Assembly (NCBI GenBank): GCA_031385045.1 | Contig: JANNBC010000010.1 | Coordinates: forward strand, 43,293 to 107,292 | DNA: 64,000 nt | Reading direction: 5' to 3' | Source of the DNA: a bacterium | Lineage (GTDB): Bacteria; Bdellovibrionota_C; UBA2361; CALJRW01 | In this document: one piece after another, positions 58,409-64,000 of the stretch | Layout: each line of letters begins with the position of its first letter | Numbering within the stretch: position 1 is the first letter of the stretch | Made by a program: the position numbers and the translations under genes | The notes under the pieces: generated by a model | Told to the model about the DNA's origin: nothing | Seen by the model: the letters and a program-made list of their open reading frames with translations, nothing else | Databases searched by the model: none

Positions 58409-58624
58409 ATGTTCAAGAAATCAATCAAAATCGACAACGTCCTGTTTGACAAATTAACAGTGGCTGCTCAAATCAAGAAATGTTCTTCGATGGAAGAGTT
58501 TGCTTTGCAAGTTTTAGAAGCGGAAGCAGATAAAGTTTTGACAGAAACTGCCAAGGGCGATTTATCTCAAGATCAGATTGATGATATTACAAATAAACTA
58601 AAAGGCTTAGGTTATTTGGAATAG
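58409..58624 (+). CDS. Small ribbon-helix-helix (CopG-like) protein with a C-terminal LGY tail (ORF track starts at 58397)
   Basis: Strand SIKID, helix, SS turn, helix MEEFALQVLE, acidic linker, ends KLKGLGYLE. Confidence 0.75.
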   Translation: MFKKSIKIDNVLFDKLTVAAQIKKCSSMEEFALQVLEAEADKVLTETAKGDLSQDQIDDITNKLKGLGYLE

Positions 58625-58636
58625 TAAAGAAATTTC

Positions 58637-59446
58637 ATGGGAGCTAAATTACTAACCTACATTAACCAAATTGTCTCATTTTTAGTTTGGCCATTCACCT
58701 TATTACCTTCTTGGTTTGGTTTACTAGCTATCTCAGTTGTCGCCGGCATGGGCTTGCTCTGGATTTATGGGAAAGTTTCTAATCAAAATAAAATTCGTTA
58801 TGTGAAGAGTAAGATTTATGCTTCGCTCTTAGAGTCAATTCTTTTTAGGCATGATGTTTGGATGACATTAAAAGCGCAAGGTAAGATGCTCTTTTACGGA
58901 GGCAGATATTTTACACTAGCAATTTTTCCTGTTTTAATTCTTGCCGCTCCTTCTATTCTCTTATTGTCGGAACTAAATGAGCAATATGCATCCAAGTCTT
59001 TAGATTCTAAATCAGAAGCAATTGTTCAAATGACTTTGAGCGACGCTAGTAAGCTCTATGAGGTAAAGCTGGAAGCACCTGCTGGTCTTGATGTAACTCC
59101 ACCCGTTAGAATTCCTGCGAGTAAGCAAGTCTTTTGGAAGATTAAAACTTCGGAGCCTGGCAACCAAGAAGTAAATTTTCAAATTGCTGATTTTAATTTC
59201 CCTAAAACGTTATTTGTTGGTTCAGGCAAGAATCACGTCGGAGCTGTATGGAAAAGCTCTTGGGCGGGCAAGCTGTTGTATCCAGCAGGACCTGCTAGTA
59301 TGCCATATGTTCAGAGTTTAACTATTAATTATCCAGAACAACTTTATAGCCTTGGATTATTCGAAGTTAATTGGTTAATTTTCTTTCTAATATTCTCGAT
59401 GCTTTCGGGGATTGTTGTAAGTAAGTATCTGGGCGTCGCTATTTAA
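58637..59446 (+). CDS. Membrane protein resembling DUF106/EMC3/TMCO1 (Oxa1 superfamily), with an inserted beta-rich domain
   Basis: TM, SNQ.KI..VK coiled region, FPVLIL..P TM, beta domain, final TM WL.FF.I.S....SK.LGV. Confidence 0.6.
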   Translation: MGAKLLTYINQIVSFLVWPFTLLPSWFGLLAISVVAGMGLLWIYGKVSNQNKIRYVKSKIYASLLESILFRHDVWMTLKAQGKMLFYGGRYFTLAIFPVLILAAPSILLLSELNEQYASKSLDSKSEAIVQMTLSDASKLYEVKLEAPAGLDVTPPVRIPASKQVFWKIKTSEPGNQEVNFQIADFNFPKTLFVGSGKNHVGAVWKSSWAGKLLYPAGPASMPYVQSLTINYPEQLYSLGLFEVNWLIFFLIFSMLSGIVVSKYLGVAI

Positions 59447-59586
59447 AATTTATGTCTGTTTTTTTAAATGAAAGGCATAAGCTTTTGTGACACCTACAGC
59501 AAAAAATGGCGCTGGCATAGTTTTGCGCGCTCTAAGGGAATTATTTTTTTAAAATGATTCCCTTAAGATTTATTAAGGAAATAAAT

Positions 59587-60444
59587 ATGTCTAACGTGAA
59601 AAATAATTTCATCATGATCACTTTCGATTCCTGTCGATTTGATACTTTTTTAGCTGCTAATACTCCAAACATCTCCCGCCTTGGTCAGACTGAAAAGTGT
59701 TACTCCTTTGCTAGTTGGACATTTCCATCACACCTTGTCTATTTAATGGGAGCGGGCCCTCACACAAGTCCGAAAGGTGTCTTTGCCTCTGAAGTATATA
59801 AAAAGGACTTTGAAAATTGGGGAGATAGATTAAATATCCCTGACATTTCCTTTAAAGGTTTTGTTCCCAGACTTTCACTCCCAGCATTTTTAAAAAGCCA
59901 AGGCTATAAAACTAATGCCTTAGTTTCCATGCCTGTTTTAAACCCAACTACTATCGTAAATACTCATTTTGATCGCTTTCAATTAATGGATAAGCATAAT
60001 GATTTTAATGCGATTATTGATGCGATGATTTTTGAGCCAGAAGTTCCGCAGTTCTATTTATTAAATATTGGTGAAACGCATTATCCTTACACTCTCCCAG
60101 GTGAAGGTAATGACTTGCCGATCATTCATGGGATGCATGGGATTTTCAAGCATATGGATGATTTCGTTGCTGGTAACTCTGCTCCTGCTCAAGCAGCCGA
60201 TCATGGCGGTGATAAATTTTTCCACATGGATCGCATGTTGGCGCTCAAGGAAAAACAACGCACAAACATCGAATATCTCGATGGTCTGTTTGAGAAGTTA
60301 TATGAAAAAGTTCCTGAAAATACTTACGTCCAGGTAATGTCTGATCACGGGGAGTGCTTTGGTGAAGATGGCTACTTTGGCCATGGACCGATTATGCACG
60401 AAAAAGTTTTTGAAATCTTTAAAGTGGAAGGTAAATTTAAATAA
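59587..60444 (+). CDS. Short cytoplasmic sulfatase-like protein (Thr nucleophile, no signal peptide, no LGY tail; ORF track starts at 59554)
   Basis: FDSCRFD, SWTFPSH, ETHYPY, SDHGE.FGEDG..GH; AAGGA SD before the ATG at 59587. Confidence 0.82.
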   Translation: MSNVKNNFIMITFDSCRFDTFLAANTPNISRLGQTEKCYSFASWTFPSHLVYLMGAGPHTSPKGVFASEVYKKDFENWGDRLNIPDISFKGFVPRLSLPAFLKSQGYKTNALVSMPVLNPTTIVNTHFDRFQLMDKHNDFNAIIDAMIFEPEVPQFYLLNIGETHYPYTLPGEGNDLPIIHGMHGIFKHMDDFVAGNSAPAQAADHGGDKFFHMDRMLALKEKQRTNIEYLDGLFEKLYEKVPENTYVQVMSDHGECFGEDGYFGHGPIMHEKVFEIFKVEGKFK

Positions 60445-62450
60445 TGGGAATTACTCGTCGCCAATTTATTAAGGGAACTGCTGCCAGCCTAGCTGTTGGA
60501 GCGGCGAGTAGTATAATTACTCCAGGTTCTGCTTTCGCTAAGTTTCCGCATATCCGAAATAATAAGATTGCACGCAAGGCGATCGTCTTGGGCTTTGATG
60601 GGATGGATCCGGATTTAACTCGCAAGTTTATTGCGGAAGGACACATGCCAACATTTAAAAAAATGATTGAAAAGGGTTGGCACTTTGGTGAGCTGCAAAG
60701 CACAATGCCACCACAAAGTCCTGTAGCTTGGGCTAGTTTTATAACCGGAACAAATCCAGGGGGAACAGGGATTTTTGATTTCGTACATCGTGATCCGGCC
60801 AACTTTGCTCCCTATCTTTCTACTTCTAGAAGTTTTGATGCCGAGAAGACCTATCAAGTTGGCAACTGGAATATTCCCTTAAGTGGTGGGCGAGTGGACT
60901 TGATGCGTAAAGGCATTCCATTTTGGGATTACTTAACAAAAGAAGATATTCCATCAACAGTTTTCCAAATTCCTGCTAATTTTCCGATTGTGCAGTCAGG
61001 TACTAATATGATTAGCGGAATGGGAACGCCTGATCTTTTAGGTTCTTATGGTACATATACTTATTATACTGATACTCTGGTTCCTGGTTCAGAGAAGTTT
61101 GTTGGAGGGCGAGTAATCCGCGTGCGCGGAGCTGATAATACTTTTAAAACAACTTTGCCTGGGCCTCAAAATACTTTCCGCGTTGATGGACGCGCAACAA
61201 CAGTCGATTTTACAATTAATCGTGATTCTTATGAGAAAGTTCTAAAGATTACAATCCAAGGGCAAGATATAATTCTGCGCCAAGGCGAATGGTCTGGATG
61301 GATTCCCTTAACTTTTGAATTAATCCCTCATTTAGCATCTGCGCCAGCGATGGTGCGTTTCTTTGCACAAGAAGTCCACCCTAACTTTAAACTCTATGTC
61401 TCCCCAATTAACATCGATCCTCTAAATCCAGCACTGCCAATTTCGGGCCCAGTCGAATATGCCAGCGATCTAGCTAATGCTGTGGGACGTTTTTATACTC
61501 AAGGATTTCCAGCTGACAGTAAGGCTTTATCCACAGGTGTTTTTTCTGATGATGAATATTTAGTTCAATCTAAAATTGTTCTTCAGGAAAACCTTGCTTC
61601 CTTTGAATATCAGTTAAAAAATTTCCAGGAAGGTTTATTCTATTTCTATTTTTCGTCCACAGATCAGAATCAACATATGATGTCTCGTTTAATGGATCCA
61701 ACTCATCCGCAGTACAATCCAAATGGAAGTCCAGAAACAAAAAATGCTGTGCTTTATTTCTACAAGGCGATGGATGATGTCTTAGAACAAACCTTGTCTA
61801 AGGTTGATAGCTCAACGTTAGTGATCGCTCTTTCTGATCATGGGTTTGCACCTTTTACTAGAGAATTTAATTTAAGCACTTGGTTGGTGAACGAAGGTTT
61901 TACTGCGGTGTATAATCCAAAGGATATGGAAGATGCCGAAGTTTATTCCTGCGTTGATTGGGAAAAGACTCAAGCTTATGCCTTAGGAATTAATGGTCTT
62001 TATATTAATATCAAAGGGCGAGAGAAGAATGGATCTGTTGCCCAAGAGCAAGTTCAGGCAATTAAAGATCAGATTATTAGCAAGCTCTCCCAAGTGAAAG
62101 ATCCGCTAAATAATCAACCAATTATTACTTCTGTCTATGACGCTGAAAAACTTTACTCTGGGGAGTTCGCCAGTTCTGCTCCAGACTTAGTGGTTGGTTA
62201 TCAACGGGGATATCGTATTTCAGATGAAGCTGTTCTTGGTAAGTTCCCAAAAGAGATTGTAACTGATCGTAAGGATAAGTGGGCCTCAGATCATTGCTCA
62301 GATCCAATGGTTGTTCCTGGGATGATCCTAACAAATAAAACTTGTAATACTCAAGGTGCAGGGCTTTGGGATATGGGACCAAGTATTCTTAAAGCTTTTG
62401 GTATTGATACCCCAAAGCAGATGAATGGCAAGAATGTACTAGAAAGCTAA
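60444..62450 (+). CDS. Tat-exported AlkP-superfamily phosphodiesterase/NPP-like protein
   Basis: TRRQFIKG twin-arginine signal ending AFA; GFDGMD, PPQSPVAWASF.TG, DQNQH, SDHGF, SDH; TAATG coupling to the upstream gene. Confidence 0.88.
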   Translation: MGITRRQFIKGTAASLAVGAASSIITPGSAFAKFPHIRNNKIARKAIVLGFDGMDPDLTRKFIAEGHMPTFKKMIEKGWHFGELQSTMPPQSPVAWASFITGTNPGGTGIFDFVHRDPANFAPYLSTSRSFDAEKTYQVGNWNIPLSGGRVDLMRKGIPFWDYLTKEDIPSTVFQIPANFPIVQSGTNMISGMGTPDLLGSYGTYTYYTDTLVPGSEKFVGGRVIRVRGADNTFKTTLPGPQNTFRVDGRATTVDFTINRDSYEKVLKITIQGQDIILRQGEWSGWIPLTFELIPHLASAPAMVRFFAQEVHPNFKLYVSPINIDPLNPALPISGPVEYASDLANAVGRFYTQGFPADSKALSTGVFSDDEYLVQSKIVLQENLASFEYQLKNFQEGLFYFYFSSTDQNQHMMSRLMDPTHPQYNPNGSPETKNAVLYFYKAMDDVLEQTLSKVDSSTLVIALSDHGFAPFTREFNLSTWLVNEGFTAVYNPKDMEDAEVYSCVDWEKTQAYALGINGLYINIKGREKNGSVAQEQVQAIKDQIISKLSQVKDPLNNQPIITSVYDAEKLYSGEFASSAPDLVVGYQRGYRISDEAVLGKFPKEIVTDRKDKWASDHCSDPMVVPGMILTNKTCNTQGAGLWDMGPSILKAFGIDTPKQMNGKNVLES

Positions 62451-62465
62451 GTCACTAATTTGTAA

Positions 62466-62793
62466 TTAGTTACAGAAACCACCTCCAACAGAGTAGCGCA
62501 TGTGAGCTGTCTTAGACAGTTGGTTGGTTGTTGTGTTGTAAGCCCAGCCATTGAGAGCTGGAGTATATTCATCGCCTCCAACATTGTTTAAGCTCAATGT
62601 TTTGCAATGACTTGCTGATAGATAGACAGCAGGTGCGGCAAGGAATTGAACAGTAAAGGCGGCGACAATTTCAGGATCTTTGATCTCAACCCAGGCATTA
62701 CAATCTTGTAGGCATTACCACCAGTCCACGGCGCGTTGCGAGCCTTATTGAGGGTAAATAGTGTATTAAAGCCAGCAGCCACTTCTTGAATAG
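62466..62793 (-). pseudogene. 3' remnant of a probable pilin-like gene, cut by the IS and frameshifted near 62690
   Basis: Frame IQEVAAG...YKIVMPG then frame EIKDPEIV...SHCK...SVGGGFCN*; abuts the IS left end. Confidence 0.5.
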
Positions 62794-62881
62794 TGATCTT
62801 CGCCAGTTTTCTGGACAGTAATCCCTATTAAAAGACTAAGTTTGCCGATTTTGGTAAGCTAATTTTAATAGGAGAAAACAG

Positions 62882-63154
62882 ATGGGAAAGAGATTAAGCC
62901 AGGAGCTAAAATATGAAGCGATTCGACTAGTTGAGCATCATGGTGTTAAGCATGATCAGGTAGTTAAAGAACTAGGAATTGGACGTTCCACTCTTGATAA
63001 ATTGTTAAAAGAGTACCGAACTGTCGAAAGTAATGGATTAACAGTAGATGAGAAAGCTGAACTTAAAAGGCTGAGGGAGGAGGTTAGAATCCTAAAAATT
63101 GAGAAAGAGCTTTTAAAAAAAGCGACGGTATACTTTGCAAAGCACTCGGAGTGA
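62882..63154 (+). CDS. IS3 transposase OrfA (HTH + leucine zipper)
   Basis: ELK.EAI.LV, V..ELGI..STL..., ELKRLREE...LK.E.ELLKKA..YFAK; AGGAG SD. Confidence 0.92.
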   Translation: MGKRLSQELKYEAIRLVEHHGVKHDQVVKELGIGRSTLDKLLKEYRTVESNGLTVDEKAELKRLREEVRILKIEKELLKKATVYFAKHSE

Positions 63155-64000
63155 GGTGTGGTTTTGTTGCCGAGCACTGCAAGCTAGATTTGGGAATCCC
63201 AAGGCTGTGTAATTTAGTTCAAGTTTCCAAGTCTAGCTACTATCATTGGTGTAAAGGATTAGAAGATCGAGAACTAACTCTTCAGGCTGAAAAAGAGTTG
63301 TATTTTAAGATTAAAAGAATCTTTATTGAAAGCCTGAAGAGTTATGGAGTTCCTAGAATTCACACAGCATTATTAAGATCTGGTGTTGCTTGCAGTCGAA
63401 GACAAATTGGCAGAATAATGCGTAAAAACAAGCTTATTTCTGTTCATTGCAAAAGATCTTTTATTACAACGACTGATTCAACGAAGACAAAAGCACCTGC
63501 TGAAAATTTATTAGATAGAAACTTTAAAGCAAAGTTTCCTAATGAAAAATGGGTTGGCGATGTGACTTACATTCGAACTGGCGAAGGTTGGGTATACTTA
63601 GCAACAGTAATTGATTTGTTTTCTAGGAAAATAGTTGGTTACAGATTAGGAGCTAGGAATGATGCTGTTCTTGCTTGCTCAGCTTTCCAAATGGCGCTAG
63701 CCAGAAGGAAACAACCGAAGCAATTAATTTATCATTCCGACAGAGGAAGTGTTTATGCAAGTAATGAGTTTAAAAAGTTACTTGCGGACAATAAGATCAC
63801 ACCAAGTATGAGTAGGAAGGGTAACTGCTGGGACAAAGCAGTCGCTGAATCTTTCTTTCATACTTTAAAAGTTGAGCTGATATATCAAACTAAATTTAGA
63901 TTGAGAATATCAGCATTATCTAGTATCAATAACTGGATATAAAATTTCTACAATCCGAGGAGAATGCATTCACCTCTGGGATATTGTAGTCCTGACGAAT
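63151..64000 (+). pseudogene. IS3 transposase OrfB (DDE) with a premature TAA at 63940-63942
   Basis: W.GD.TY, YLA.VID..SR, HSDRGS.Y, GNCWD.A..ESFF; frame continues after the stop as NFYNPRRMHSPLGYCSP. Confidence 0.85.

Larger units (their letters stand above)
62794..64000 (+). mobile_element. IS3-family insertion sequence (right end beyond the window)
   Basis: Left end TGATCTTCGCCAGTTTTCTGGACAG, orfA/orfB layout, A7 slippery run at 63115-63121. Confidence 0.9.

Noticed and set aside
58240..58452. 70-aa minus-strand ORF
   Set aside because: Overlaps the better-supported RHH-LGY gene on the opposite strand and has no motifs
59512..59528. Sigma-54-like promoter TGGCATAGTTTTGC
   Set aside because: GG-to-GC spacing is 9 nt rather than the required 10
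62594..62782. 62-aa ORF as an independent gene
   Set aside because: Better explained as one frame of the frameshifted, IS-truncated remnant
558..63177. Many 60-120 aa ORFs overlapping or antisense to long genes (e.g. 2446, 4359, 10079, 18680, 33827, 56062, 60437)
   Set aside because: Shadow frames of well-supported genes, with no independent motifs
63973..63985. LGY in the IS3 OrfB tail
   Set aside because: Part of the standard IS3 HSxLGY motif, unrelated to the cluster tail
1..64000. tRNA, rRNA or prophage genes
   Set aside because: No tRNA/rRNA signatures or phage structural or integrase genes recognised by eye

Overview
AT-rich bacterial chromosomal window. Gene content suggests a Bdellovibrionota/deltaproteobacterial-type lineage (inference). 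The left 41 kb is mixed housekeeping and envelope genes: infC, a Hef/FANCM-like SF2 helicase convergent with a RecJ-family nuclease, TerC, an ECF sigma factor with an anti-sigma/VWA fusion, an Rrf2-cysteine dioxygenase-flavoprotein operon, a PKMT-like methyltransferase, a DUF58-transglutaminase-TPR-MoxR operon, threonine aldolase, a 1114-aa orphan with a 180-bp tandem repeat, three Tad pseudopilins, pssA, a pmtA-like gene and pgi. The right 21 kb (41.4-62.5 kb) is the best candidate for an undescribed system. PAPS-synthesis genes (cysD, cysNC) sit among seven alkaline-phosphatase-superfamily proteins, with no recognisable PAPS sulfotransferase or formylglycine-generating enzyme in the window. 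Five of them are sulfatase-like but carry Thr rather than Cys/Ser at the nucleophile position. Four of those five end in an LxxLGY tail that also ends a tiny ribbon-helix-helix-like protein, which lies beside a DUF106/EMC3/TMCO1 (Oxa1-superfamily)-like membrane protein. Two GT-C-like membrane proteins and a type IV pilin complete the locus. Intergenic regions hold several families of palindromic MITE/REP-like elements. The window ends in a nonsense-mutated IS3-family element that appears to have interrupted a pilin-like gene. All family assignments come from motif recognition by eye; no searches were run.
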